Program-made: the position numbers and the translations under genes
From: Felis catus
Lineage: Eukaryota
Length of the DNA: 64,000 nt
Assembly (NCBI RefSeq): GCF_018350175.1
Contig: NC_058384.1
Location: 19,592,001-19,656,000 of the forward strand
Direction of reading: 5' to 3'
The notes under the pieces: generated by a model
Seen by the model: only the letters and a program-made list of their open reading frames with translations
Told to the model about the DNA's origin: nothing
The model's database searches: none
Part shown: positions 37,101 through 51,740 of the stretch, piece after piece
How the letters are laid out: each line of letters opens with the position of its first letter
Position numbering within the stretch: the stretch's first letter is position 1

Positions 37101-40100
37101 GGCTTTGCTGGGGAGGGAGAGTCTTCGGAAAAACAATGAAGGAAGCTGCTATACATGAAGGCGGTCATTTTTGAGCATTTTTGTGCTTTTTGTGTTGTGG
37201 GCTGTGAGTGTGCGTGCGCGTGTTGTGTTGCCAGGCACACTCTCCACATGGGCACTGAAGGAGTCCTGATGAATTGGAGGTGTAACATCAGGTCATCAAG
37301 CAGAGAAGCTGAGAGAAGAGTAGAACCTGCAGGGCCCTCGCCCGACCCCCCCCCCCCACCACAGCGGAAGCCCCCGAGGGGAAGACAGAAGGGTGAGGGC
37401 AGGGACGGAGCGGGAAGGAACTTGCGCAGCTAGGAGACTCAAAGAGATGGGAGGAGCACGTCGGAAGGAGGGAGCAGGCTGGGCAAACCCCCCTGGGCTG
37501 GGCCTTCCCGCTCCCCGCCCCCCCCCCCCAACAGGCCGCATGGCCAGAGGGGAGGAGGAGAAGGGAGAGCTGTTTGCAGAGAGCGGAGAGCGGCACTTGC
37601 TGCGGAGCAGGTGCGACAGGACGCGGGCCAATTTCCATTTGTTCGGGGCAAGGCAGGAGCCTCCAGCAACAGGGGCTGCTGCATTGATTTGCTTTCGTAT
37701 CTTGAAATGCAGACTTTTAGGGGACCTAGAAAGAAATCCTAACTCCTCCCACGCTCAAGCTAACGAGGAAAAGTGCTGTAGATGACTTCGCCCAGCTACC
37801 CTGTGCCAAACAGCAACTCTGGAAACCCAGCCGCTCGCGGCCATGTGACGCAGCTAAGGCGGTNNNNNNNNNNNNNNNNNNNNNNNNNNNNNNNNNNNNN
37901 NNNNNNNNNNNNNNNNNNNNNNNNNNNNNNNNNNNNNNNNNNNNNNNNNNNNNNNNNNNNNNNNNNNNNNNNNNNNNNNNNNNNNNNNNNNNNNNNNNNN
38001 NNNAATAACAATAAAAGAAATTGAGGGGGGATTGGGAGGGAGGAACTTAAATCCTAGTAGACAAGCACCAGCTGCATCCGAACAAGGTAGATAGAGTTCC
38101 TGCCCTGGGCTGATCCCTGGGGCGACTCCAAGACGAGAAGAGACTGGGGACCTCCGGAGTGAATGTTTTGCCTCCTCTTTCTCCTCCTTCTTGGGGCTGG
38201 GGAAGGAACAGAGCAGAGCCCTGCACCAGAAGTGCAGAAAGGGGGGTCCTCCACCTTCTTTGCTGGAGGGTCACCTAAGGCAAACTGACCTTCCTCCTCC
38301 TCAGAAGGGCACTAGGCGCTGCTCTTTAACATGCTGAGAGCTCACCTTAGTACCCTGAAGGCCTAGAATGTGCATCTATGCAAGGCCACTCCTGGCCCCA
38401 ACAAAACAGCATAAGAGGGTGCTCTCGAGAGCACCCAGAAAAGAAGGCATGGCCAAGAATGGGGACAACAGCTGAGCCAAAAATCAAAGGACAGTCCCTA
38501 TGCTGGGTGTTCATTCAGCCAATGAGGCAGTGAGGAAGTGGGCTGGCCAAATGTGATCCCAGGGGCTACCAGACCCCTCCACGGGCCCTGACGGCTTGGC
38601 GTGCTTCTTAATCTTGATCACCATAGGTTATCTCCAGAAATGTCCTTGTACCATATAAACATAGGAGGGAGACGAATTAACCCGTGCACATGTATTGTCA
38701 CATTTGGCACAGGTGGTCTTCTCTGACAAGCCCACTACATGCTGTCAGAGACCACGACCCAGAGAGAGCTGGCCACGGCTGTACATTTCCACAGAGGTAG
38801 GCAGTTTTGCCCGACAGTTGAAAGGACTTCACAGCCTCACAGCCTGGATTCCAAGTCCCACGTGACCGCACACTAGCTGTGCTATCTTAGATAAGTTATT
38901 TAACCTCTCTGTGCCTTGGTTTCCCTCCTGTATAAAGTTAAGATTAAACATATACTTTATTCATAGGATAAATTTGTACTGATTAAAGGAAATAGTGCAA
39001 ATAAAATGACTGGCACAATGTAAGAGCTTAGGGTATGTTAAGTATTACGGTGGGGGCGTGGCGGGGGGGGGTGGAGATCCAGAACATGGAGAACTGCTGG
39101 GAAGCAAACCGATCTTTTTTGTCCATTTACTCATTGTCTACAGGCTTATTAAGATCCTTCCGTGTGAAAGGGAGTCTGGGAGGCTCAGCTGGTTAAGCGT
39201 CCAACTCTTATTTCAGCTCAGGTCATGATCTCGCAATTCCCTGAGTTCGAGCCTTGCATCGGGCTCTGCGTTGATGGTGCGGAGCCTGCTTGAGACGCTC
39301 CCTTTCTCTCTGCCCCTCCCCCACTCGCACTCTGTCTCTCTCAAAATAAATAAATAAACTTAAAAAAAAAAAAAGATCCGTCTGTGTGAAAACGCTAACG
39401 TTATGGCCAACGAAGAATAAGTAACAGGCTCGACTTTGAGTAGCTTGTGCACCGTCAGTGTAGGGGTGTAAGGAGTAAACATAAACTTCTTGCAATTTCC
39501 AATTCTGCCCAGGGCTGACTCTGAGACAAGCCCAGGGCTGCCTAATACAGAACCTCAAGCCACCCCGATCGATCGCACTGACAGTTCTTAAGAGATGATG
39601 TCTGGTCATGGAGCCAGGGCGCCACCAAGTGGTCAGAAGGGGGCAATACACCGCAAAGATCCACACGCAGTTTTGGGGAGCAGGGCTGGGGCCTGAGGCC
39701 CCCTGGAGATGTGATGCGGCTCCCACCGGGCACACCTCCCTGCCCAGATCTGTGCAGAACAGCCCCAGAGGAGGGGAGCAGCACTAGGTGAACTGCATAC
39801 AAGAAAATGGAAAGTAGAGCCATGAGACCCAACAAGGCCTCCCTCAAACAATTCCCTGGAAACCGTCCTTCCCGTTCCCTTTCCCCCAGGAGACCCTACC
39901 TGTGGCTACTGCCAAGCAAGGCCAGATGATCTGTCTTCACGGTGTAGTGGCCGAAGGGCACGTGAGCCACGAGGTAGCAGAAGTGGGCTGCCTCCACCAG
40001 CCCCTTCCCAGCTGCAGGAGGAGGAGAGCAAGGCCCAGTTACGGAACATGGCTGTGTGGGGACCCACCACCGGGGTGGGTGGGAGAGAGATGGCAGAGGG

Positions 40101-42599
40101 GGCTCGGGGTCCGAGGGGAGAATCCTAGGGGGAGGGAAGGCCAGAGTCGCTGGCCCTAAACCACACTGTCCCCTCCCACCAGCATTTTTGGCTTCGGACA
40201 TTACATTTCAATTCTTTTCAGCCAGAATACATCACTGATTCGTGTTTTCCTAGTATATTCGTGATTAGGAATTTTCTAAGCATTTTAAGTCCTTCCTGAG
40301 GGTGAAAAGAGAGCAGATGCCTACACCTGAGCAAAGAAGTAGCTGTTTTTAAATTAGACTCCTCGGGGGCACTAATGCTTCCTCTGCTAAAATCAAACAA
40401 TAGAAAACTTTTCGCAGGGCTCATAAAAACTACCAATAATGACCAGCCTGTTCCCATTTTCAGAATGTTCTCCCATACATTTTCCATTACCTCAAAATTG
40501 AATTAATTCAAGTAGGTGACATACTCAGCACAGGGCCAGGTGCCCAGGAAGGACTAAACAAAACCCGCCTCCCTTTCTAACCATCGGCCGCTGACCCACC
40601 TGCCGTCTGACTTGGTGCTACCTTGCACATCGCTCTTTTCCGTGTAACAGAGCAATATTTCACAAAGTTAACAAAGAGTATCATGATTTCTAGGCATTCA
40701 GCCCCTTGACCAAATTTGAGAACCTCCGGTCTGGAACATTCTGTAACCCTTAGTGTTTATAAGGCAACGTTCACTGAGAGATAATAAAGGTAAAGCCTAC
40801 ACAATTACTCAGGGTAGCTCAGGCAAAAACAGAAGTTCCTCTCCGGCTGAGCTGGGTCGCCGTGCGGCTAACCATAACAAGAGGCGAGGTTCCCTGTGTG
40901 TTAGCTCCATCCTGGGGGGATTCTGACCAGGGATAGAAAACCAGCTGCTGAGGGGAGCCTCCGCAGCAGCCCAGCCCGAGTCTCAGGGGCCTGGACTGCA
41001 TTGCAGCAGAAAATCTGGGAAACGGAGAGACAAGAACGACACTCCTTTCTCTGGAGTTTCCGACCCCCAAACACTGAGGCCCCTGGGTCAGAGGAAAGCC
41101 TGAGGCACAGCCGCAGGCCCTGCCCAGAACCTAAAAGCCTGAGGATAGACGTGTAAAGTGGCCTGGACACAGCCTAGAGGAGAGGAGGGGGCAGGGCTGG
41201 CTTCTGCTTACCCAGAGTGTCCCCCATGGTGACAATTGTGCGCTGATGCAGCTCCAGGTCCCCGCTCTGATTTGACAGAATCACGGCCAAGTGAGGCCTC
41301 CAGTCTCCCCACTGCTTGTCCCCACAGCACTGGAAGGCAGCAGACAAAATGGAAGATTTACTGGCTGAAGGATCACGGGCCACAACGTGGATGGAGAGCG
41401 TTGTTGTCTGTCTCCTGGTTTCGAGGAGTTCGGGGAAGGCCGGCTTCCGCCACCTGCATTGCTGCCAGTCACTGATTTCCAGATCTCCTTTTAAAAAGCA
41501 AGACTTGGGGCTCCTGGGTGGCTCAGTCGGTTAAGCATCTGACTCCTGACGTCAGCTCAGGTCATGATCTCACGGTTCATGAGTTCAAACCCTGCTTGGG
41601 TTCTGCACTCACAGGGCANNNNNNNNNNNNNNNNNNNNNNNNNNNNNNNNNNNNNNNNNNNNNNNNNNNNNNNNNNNNNNNNNNNNNNNNNNNNNNNNNN
41701 NNNNNNNNNNNNNNNNNNNNNNNNNNNNNNNNNNNNNNNNNNNNNNNGGCAGGCAGACAGACACGGACGCATACATGCATTCGTAGGAACCTTAGGCGAT
41801 AGGTAAATAAAATGACACTTTTGATCACTTACTGATTTTCATATTTCTTCCTGGTACCCCTGACCCCAACAGCTAGGGACAAATCCAGAAAAAGAAAACA
41901 AAACAAACCCTGATGTTTCAGTGGGAGAAGGAAGACCAAACATCCTTGGCTCATATGAAGAATCCACATTAGCCTGTTAGAAGTCAGGGCAACACTAGGC
42001 CCCTTAATACCTTACCAAATGGCTTGTGTTTTCTGGTTTTACAAAGGCCTTTCACACACATGACCTCAGTTAATTTTCACAACCCTATTAAGTTGAATTC
42101 CCATGGCTGGAGAAAAGCAGGCCAAGTGGCCCAGCCCCACACGCAGTCCCTGTTCATCTTGCTCCCAGCTGTGGGCTCTGCCCGCTCCCTCTGGTGACAA
42201 TGCAGGGGCAGCAGAGCTCCACCAGGGGGCAGCAGGGTGCACACAGAACCCTGGAAGTGGGGAAATGCCCCACACAAATGGTGGGGCTTGGGCTTCCCTT
42301 CTCCCGAATGAAGGGAATTTTAGGACAGGAAATATCTATAAAGAAGCAATATAACATCACAGAAACAACCCAGGCCCTGGATTCAACTGGCATCCCACCT
42401 TTTTACTAGCTGTGTGACCTTGAGCACGTTTCTCAAAACCTTTTTTCCTCATCTCTTAAGTGGAGATCATAATATGAGTTATATTCTACATAACAGTTAT
42501 TGTTGATAATGAAATAAGATAGCTAGGTAAAGCACATAGCATAGTGCTTTGCACTTTGTTTGCCCTTTATAAATTATACATAGGTGCATATACACAGAT

Positions 42600-42644
<45 letters not shown>

Positions 42645-45600
42645 CAGCAAAAGGAAGGAGGTGATTTGTAGACCAGTCCATCTTCCAGTTTGTTATTGGA
42701 ATGGGTAGAGCAAGAGATTGATAGTAAGAGCTAAGATTTGGAAGTCAAAACAATCCCTAATTATTTGGTCTTTGTAGTTATCCCCAGGAACAAAAGATGC
42801 TTTATCCAACTCCATTTTATAGTTACTCTTTGTTTATCTGGGCGATGCAGTGTGAATGAGGGTGATGATGATGATAAATCACAAGAAGAGCAGTTCTTAC
42901 TCACTGCACTCTGGCCGTGAACCATACCCGCTGCTAGGCGTTTCTCCTAGAACGGTCACACGCATTGGGTACTATTATTATCCCCGCATAAGCCAGGCCC
43001 TTTCTCGCTCTAACGAAAGGAACGCGCAAAAGAAAAATCCTTGCTGAAAAGAACAAACATTTAGAAGTCATTCTTCTATCTCTTCCCTAGGTGATTTGAA
43101 AAAAATCACTGTAAAGCAGACGTATGGAGAGAAAGAGTGTGCAAGAGAGAGCATACACCTGACTAACTTCAATGGGTCAAGCATGGTCGTTGATCTGTTC
43201 AGATATCCTCTCTCCTTTACTCTTCACAATAACTCTCTTGGTTAGGCATCAAAATGCCCACAAAGAGGAAAACCTGAGGCTCTGAGATTAGGTAACAAAG
43301 CCAAGCTCACAGAGCAGCAAGGAGCAGGCTCTGGTTAGACTTGTGATAGAAGCCTACATCTGGGTTTTCTGGCTGCCGTGTCTTTTCCACTCATTCCAAG
43401 TAACTAACAGCCAGCCTTTTCCTGGGTGCCAGATGCTAGGTCACTCTCAAACACTGAGATCAAATACCGCCTTGGCACATCACCTCCTGCTCCTCGGTTT
43501 TCTCACCTAAACACAGGGAACATTTAGTTAACTCTACCACTGCAGTGAGACCCAGTGGACCATACGCTGATTACATAATTTCCTGCATTTAGTGCTTTGT
43601 GACATGATGCACCGTCATGGCGGTGCGTGGCATTCCGCTGAACTGTGAGCACTCCATGTTCCAGTATAGCCAGTGGGTTTGATGATGGGGCATGAAAGTC
43701 ATCATCTCTCTTTTCCTTTCTAGGAATCGTCCCCAAGCAATAAGAAGAACAGAAAAGCAAAAATGTGAAGTCCATTTTCATTAAAACTGGGTGACAGCAA
43801 AAACCCAAACTTCAAAATATAAGAAAAGGCTGCCAAAGGTAGTGGAAATTGAACAGAGTGCAGGAGGGAGCAGAGAGAGAATTCCAGAAGGAGAGGATCC
43901 CACAGCCATCTCTGCCAATTTAGGAGAAGGAAAGGCTACACAGATACCCACAGAAAACTCCAGATCGTGTGGGAAATGCCAGATAGCTTGCAATGTGGCC
44001 CTGGCCCCTCCCCAGCACAAACCTACCAGAAACTACTGGCCCAGGGAAGACTCAACTCCTGTCAAGGAACAAGCACAAAATCTGTACAAATACACTGTAA
44101 AGATAGAAGGAAGGAAGTAATATGAAAAACTAATGGACGGTAGAAAGGACATTCACTGGGAAAATGTTACCACAAAACAAAGAGATATCACCAAACATTT
44201 CATCACGAATTTAAGTAAAATCACGAAACAATTTCTTCTATGAAGCAAGGGCATTATCACTAATGCTAAGTGATAAGAGCTCAGGAAGAAGACAATGAAC
44301 AACAGGAAGAGGCCAATGTGACCCGCAGAGCTCAGGGAAGAAGTGAGAGAAAAATCAGAGACATCAAGGTAAAACTCGCACCAAAATTAAGAGACAGTGT
44401 CTCTTTCATCAATATGGAAACACAGGAAGGGACACATAGGATGGCAATGAGAAGAGCAAAAAAAAAAAAAAAAAAAAGAAGAAGAAGAAGAGGAGGAAGA
44501 AGAAAAAGAAGAAAAGGAAGGAAGGATGGAAAGAAAGAAAGAAATTTTAATTAAAGAGAATATAATCTGTACATGTATATGTATATAGTTCGTATCTATA
44601 TGAAATGTGCACATATGGAATTCCTGAAAAAAAAATAATAATGGAACAAAACAAATATCGAAGGATATAACGCAAGAAAACTTCCTTGAACGGTAAAATA
44701 TGAATACACGTATTAAAACAGTATGCTGTGTCCCAAGAAAAAAAAACAAAACAAAACTGCCCTGACAGCACCAATACATCCTGGTAAAGTTACTAGACTT
44801 CAAAGGTAAAGAAGGATACTTTGGGGGAAAAAAGATATTTCATAGGGAACTATCAAGCTGGCCTCAGACTTGAGCCATCTCCAACTCTAGACAGCATGTA
44901 AGACCAAATATGTCCAACTTTGCAGGATGGATGTGCAGTGGGGGGAAAGAACGGTGGCCTTACTGCAGGAAGCCTGGGGACAGTCTGGCTCTCTCGCTAT
45001 TCACGCACACTGAGCAGGCAGCTATGGTATTGTGAAAATGACAAGGTTTTTGGAATCAGACAGACGGAGCCAATCCTGGCTCCACTGCTCCTCGCTCAGT
45101 GATCTATGGTCATATGACACCTTTGCACCTTAGTTCCCACCTCTGTAAAACGGGGGTAGGAATTCCTTCCTCTGTGTATTAAATGAAATCATATGAATGA
45201 ATTGGGCCAGGTGCAATTACCACTTATTTTTAATCTTTAAAGTCATCACCTCGTTCCTGAGCTGTCCCCACCGCCCCCCCCCAACCCTTAGGACACTGGG
45301 GTATTGAAGGAGGTCTGTCACAAAGAATACCGTGGCTGCCTGTGGGATCCTCCCCGACATGAACTGGAAGAGGGTCTGCAGTGGGTCATTGGACGCCAGC
45401 GTGCTGGTAAAGCTGCGGAGAGAGACGACCGTTAGTGGGGACCAAGCCGAGAGAGCCTTTGACCCATTGCCAGCGGGGCAAACCCCCCGTAGATCTCTAT
45501 TTGACTTCAGCAGCCTCTTTCGGAACATGAACTTCTCTTTGCTTTTCTGCCGCGCCTCTGCTTGGCTCCCACTTTGGGGGGATCGTCAGGATCTTGATTC

Positions 45601-48600
45601 CACCCCAGATGGGGCTCTCTGTTGGGGGGTATTTTCTGCACTTTGGCACTGATGCCCCAACTCTCCAGTAACCATTTCTATGGGTCTTCTTTGTCACGGA
45701 AATGCCCCACATCTCAGAGATCCCTAGAGAGCCCCAGCAGTTAACCCGAACATCTTCTCTGCGGGCCCCTCCTACCCAGTCACCCTCAACTTCCAGTCCC
45801 CTGGAGCAGTTCCCCTGGTGCCACGCCCACAGCCTCCAGGGCTGGTTTTCTGGCTCGTGACTAGCCTGGGTCTTTTACTCACATGCACTAAATAGCCCTT
45901 TTCAGTAACCAAAGAGGCGTAGAACAGGGACCAGAAATGATCTTCCTGATGACAAACCGTGGGATATGCTTAACAAGGATATAATAAGCTCTAGAGCTGA
46001 TTTGAGATTTAAGCATACTCAGTAAGAGATATTTTTCACAATTCACTGGGCCCCATCAAAAATCAATGGCCCAAGGCAAAAATCTGTCGCAGAGATGTAT
46101 GCTACAATGTGGGATTGTGGGATGTTCATTTCCAAAACCCAGAGGAAAATCGTCCCTCGGAACAGGCTTTATAGGACGGGGGAAGAACGCGGTCTTTTAT
46201 TTAATAGCACCCTTGCCTCGGGAGCTCAGAGCGCTTATCATAATAAAACTCCAGGGTTCCTCACCATCCTGAACATAATGAAGTGCACAGAGGTGTTACC
46301 AGTCCCTGGGAAGACTGAGGGTTAGAGTAGAAGAGAGACTCCACGGAGGCCGTGGTGGAGAAGGGTAGTGTGGCAGCCTTGAAGGGAGGTACCATCTTCT
46401 CAGCCATCTGCCCGACAGCCAATTTACGGCCAATTTAAACTTAAGTCAAGCTGAGAGGCTCACAGCTTCACAGCTTCGGCTAACACAGGAAGATGAACAT
46501 TTTGAGGGAGCATCCTTCTCACGGTCTGATCCAAGCCTGCCCCTTATGGGAGGGCCCCCCGGCCCTCCCCACCCCTACCACATGTCTATCCCTGCCAACC
46601 CACAGATCTGGCTGCAGCTGGAGGGGCTTACTCAGGAACCCTTCTCCAGCACCCCCCCCCCCCATTTATTCCCCTCATTCCAAACTCCTGGCTATGTGGT
46701 CAGCCTCCATTCCTGTCTCATCCTGGTTTGGGCATTCTTCCCGGTCTCGGTGTGCTGGCATGATCTCTGACTAAACACATTCCTTCAGTCTCGTCATGTC
46801 CCCTGCCCTAGATGAAGACTTCTGCTTGTAATCCCCCGTCCTATAAAGCCTGTTCCTAGCACAGCTCCTGCTCCCCCATATCCCGACCTTCCTCTCAGCG
46901 CCCACATCCCCCACTGCAAGACTCAGTGGTAGACAGCTACTAACTCTCAGACCCAAAGCTCTGTCAGTTAACCCTAAGTGGTCACCTATTCCCTCACTGA
47001 TGGAACTATCTAGAACAGCCCCTCCCAAAGAGAACTACCGGATTGCAGAAACCCATGCAATTTTTGGAAACTCAGACCCTGAGAAATATTACTAAACTGA
47101 ATATTTAACATAGCAGGTATAAAGAATGTGTCCATGTCTAGGTTGTAAGAATCTGGAAAAGTGATAATGCTAGGTCCAGGTCAGAAGAGAAAAACTGGAA
47201 GGATGCTTGATGCGTGGGGCTTCCCAGCACATCCTGCATTTGCCTCCCAACACTCCCTCCCTTGGCGGGCCTCTCTCTGCTCTCTGCTCCTTAGGTCTTC
47301 TTTGCCAGTGGCCTGCTCACCCACTCATAACCCAGCTGTAGGTCCTTGGGTCCATCTTGCTGGCGAGGAACAAAGCGTGGCCCCACAAGTGGTTCTTCAT
47401 GGCCCACTCCAAGGCTTCCTGAAAACAAAAGCACGTCACAGTCAGCATGGCCCTATTCACCTTCCTACAAACAACAAATGTCGATGGTTGGGTACTGCTG
47501 CCCTTGAGCTGTACAAGCTGGGCTCCCAGGAAGGCTCGGAGCCTCATCTGTGAGAGGGACAAAGGAAGAGCGGGTGCCTATTTCTCTCTAAGATGACCCT
47601 TCTCCAGCCTTCACTTTATCAAATACATTCTGCTATTTCATCATCTGCCCCTCAAACGTAGCTTCCAGTCAGCCTTAGCTCTTTAGCAGAAGTCACATGA
47701 TACTTTTACGAACCTAAGCACCGAACACGAGAGAAGCACCGCACCCCAAGGACTGAGTCTCAAAGTACAGGTAGCAAGATGACATTCATGGGGGCGTGTT
47801 ACAGGAACGGTTTCTTTTTTAACAACTGTGGCAGAGACTGTTAGCTCCCCGCCAAAAGCCATTGCCCCCTTCCTGGGCAAAGAACTGCACCGCATTTTCC
47901 CGCCTCCCATGCACCTAGAAGTGACTGAGTTCCAGGCTCTACAATGGCAACAGAAATGGTTATATTGCATCCAGATCTGGTGCATAGAAGTCCTGTGCCC
48001 GGTCCCCCATGCCCTTTTCCCCATCTGGCTGGCTGGAATGAAGATTGGCTTCTCATTCCACATGGACTATATGCTCAGATGGTACAGCCTCCTCCATGCC
48101 TTGAACTACTTTGGGAAGAAGGGCTGACCCACCGTTCTGCTCACCTGCCCAGGATGCCCACATGAATAGAAAGTAGCTGCTACCATGTTTGAGCCAGTTT
48201 GCATAGCAGTCGACCTGCCCCACCTAATATTATAACTAATTGCTCGTTAACTGTCAAGTGCTTGTTATCTATCAACTTCATGTGCCAAATTAATGACACC
48301 GTTAACTTGGTGAGATGGGTTAGAGGCTGTAAGTTTTAACACACACACACTCACACTCATCTTTTCATTCAATTTTCAGAATTATATACTTGAGGTTTTG
48401 ACCTGGTATTAATAATTTCTTTAGTGCCCTCAAATAATGCGATTTTTTGGACAGGAAGTCACTAATGAGGTAACTCCACTTCCAAGCACAAATTTCCTTG
48501 ATCATCCTGACATCTCCCATGCTATCTTATTTGAAAAGGGAGAGAACAAATTTAAACAACCACCATTAGGAAATTCAACTTCACGTCCACTACAAGCAAA

Positions 48601-51600
48601 AATGACATGAGTTACTCTTTACATAGGTTAAACTAATTCACAACAGTATTTTTTTTTATAAATATAGCTTTTCTATTTTTTCAATTTATTTTTGAGAGAG
48701 AGAAAGTGTGAGTGAGCAAGGGGCAGAGGGAAAGAGAGAGGATCCCACAAGGGGCAGAGAGAGGGAGAGAGAAGGAGAGACAGAACATCCCCAAAGAGGG
48801 CTCCAGCTCACCCAATATGGGACTCGAACTCACAAACTGTGAGACCATGACCTGAGCTGAAGTCGGATACTCAACCTACTGAGCCACCAGGTGCCCCCAC
48901 AACAGTATTTTTTTAAGGGAATTACTAATAATTGGTTGGGAATCACCACTTTGCTCAAAAATTTGCATCTCCCGAAATATAATTTAGGAATAAGTGGACT
49001 GAGAACTTACATTGAGGATATTAATCTGACACAGTGCCAGAAATGAGACCCCAGTCAATATTAATACAGGTTTTAAAGACATTTTGGTCTCCAGTTCCTC
49101 ATGAACCACTCTGAGCCTCCAGAGTACTCCTTCTATCCCCTGCTCACCTCTGGGGCTATAGGTATGGCAGGTGGTGCAGTGGATGGTCAGAAGCCCAAGT
49201 TCAGACATCAGGCTGCCTAGATCTGAACCCTGGTTTTGTTACTTACTAACTCTCCTCATTTGTCAGTACATAAAACAAGAATAGAACGTAACCCACAGGG
49301 CTTCTATGAAGATAAATGAGACAATGCATGTAAGATGTTAAGTAAGTGCCTGGTACATAGAAAGTATTTTTTAAATACTTGCTTTTGGGGCGCCTGGGTG
49401 GCTCAGTCAGTTAAGTGTCCGACTTCGGCTCAGGTCACAATCTCGCGGTTTGTGGGTTTGAGCCCCGCGTCGGGCTCTGTGCTGACAGCTCAGAGCCGGG
49501 AGCCTGCTTCGGATTCTGTGTCTCCCTCTCTTTCTGCCCTTCCCCCATTCACACTCTGTCTCTCTCTCTCAAAAATGAATAAACATTAACAAATAATAAT
49601 GATAAATAAATAAATAAATATTTGCTTTTGTTATTGTTATTGCTATGGTCATTACTTAATCTTTCTTAAGGAAAGAGATTTTTACTGATTTATTTCTGTA
49701 TCCCCCACAGGATTCAATGCCTTAGAAGTTGTGGCTGTTTGACAAATGTTTACCGAATAAATAAATTGTGAAACTCCAGCTCCCTACTATATAGTGAACA
49801 GGGGGATGGTTATCATATGATCCCACTAATTTTCACTGAATATCATGTCTACCACTCATTTAAAATATAATATCACATGAATGCAGGGTATTATATGTAT
49901 AAGTGATTAATTACTGGGTTCTTTTCCTGAAGCCAATATTACACTGAATGCTAACTGACTAGAATTAAAAAAATTTTTTTTCAACGTTTATTTATTTTTG
50001 GGACAGAGAGAGACAGAGCATGAACGGGGGAGGGGCAGAGAGAGAGGGAGACACAGAATCGGAAACAGGCTCCAGGCTCCGAGCCATCAGCCCAGAGCCT
50101 GACGCGGGGCTCGAACTCACGGACTGCGAGATCGTGACCTGGCTGAAGTCGGACGCTTAACCGACTGCGCCACCCAGGCGCCCCAAGAATTTAAATAAAA
50201 TTTTGGAAAAAATAAAATAAAATATAACATCATATACAGATAAACAGAGATTAAAGATTCAAATGTAAAGGTGAAGTCACAAAAGTATTTGAACCTTATT
50301 TTCATAAATTAGTTTTAAAGTAGGAAAGCCTTTCTAAATATCACCCCACAAAAGTAATTTTGTACAGAAAGTCCTTAAAAAGTAAAGAGCTCTTACAAAT
50401 CAATAAATAGAGATCAAACACCCAACAGAACAACGTAGAAGATCCATGACAAAATAATTCACAGATTAGGGGCACCTGGGTGGCTCAGCCAGTTAAGTGG
50501 TTAAGCGTCCGACTTCAGCTCAGGTCATGATCTCACAGTTCATGGGTTTGGGTCCCCCATCAGGGTCTGTGCTGACAGCTCAGAACCTGGATCCTGCTTC
50601 AGATTCTGTGTCTCTGTCTCTCTCTGCCCCTCCCCCACTCACACGCACGTGCATACTCTCTCTCTCTCCAAAATAAATAAATATTTAAAAAATTTTTAAT
50701 TCACAGATTAAAACATATTCAACTTCATTTATTTTTTTTTAATTTTTTTTTCAACGTTTATTTATTTTTGGGACAGAGAGAGACAGAGCATGAACGGGGG
50801 AGGGGCAGAGAGAGAGGGAGACACAGAATCGGAAACAGGCTCCAGGCTCCGAGCCATCAGCCCAGAGCCCGACGCGGGGCTCGAACTCACGGACCGCGAG
50901 ATCGTGACCTGGCTGAAGTCGGGCGCTTAACCGACTGCGCCACCCAGGCGCCCCTCAACTTCATTTATAACAAGAGAAAAGGAACAACTCCACTAAATTT
51001 TATATATGTGTATATATATATATATGTATATATTTTTTTTTTTAACCTTTCAGATTGGCACATATGAAAAGCTTAGAAACACTAAATTGGTAAGAGTAGA
51101 GAAACAGGAACTCTCATATATTGTTCATTGAGTAATTGGTACAACCTCTAAAAAAGGCAATTTGTTGATATTTCTCAAAATTTCCAGCCATGTACCCTTT
51201 GACTCAACACTTCCATTTCCAGAAGCTATTCTAGAAATCATATGTATATTCTCCTACACGGCAAACGACATTGGTCCTTATCACAGTGCTATTTGTAGTA
51301 GCAAAAGACTGTTAATAATCTGTCAATCTATCGGGGTTTTATTAAATAAATTATGATTTATCTTTAGAAATCTATGCAGCCATAAAAATAAGGAGGAAGA
51401 CATTTATATATTATAAAGAACAGGGTTCAGAAAAATGTGACCTGAAGGCCAAATTCAGCCCACTGCCCATTTTGGTACAGCCCACAAACTAAGAATAACT
51501 TTTCACATTTTTAAATGATTGGTAAAAAATTAAAGAAATGATAACACTGGGGCACTTGGATGGCTCAGTCAGTTAAGCGTCAGATTCTTGATTTCGGATC

Positions 51601-51707
51601 AGGTCATGATCTCACGGTTGGTAAGTTGAGCCCCCCGCCCCCCCATTAGCACAGAGCCTGCTTACGATTCTCTTCCTCTCCCTCTCTCTCTGCCCCTCCC
51701 CCATGTG

Positions 51708-51740
<33 letters not shown>

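Noticed and set aside
37628-37646. ER-stress element (CCAAT-N9-CCACG)
   Set aside because: The CCACG half is absent.
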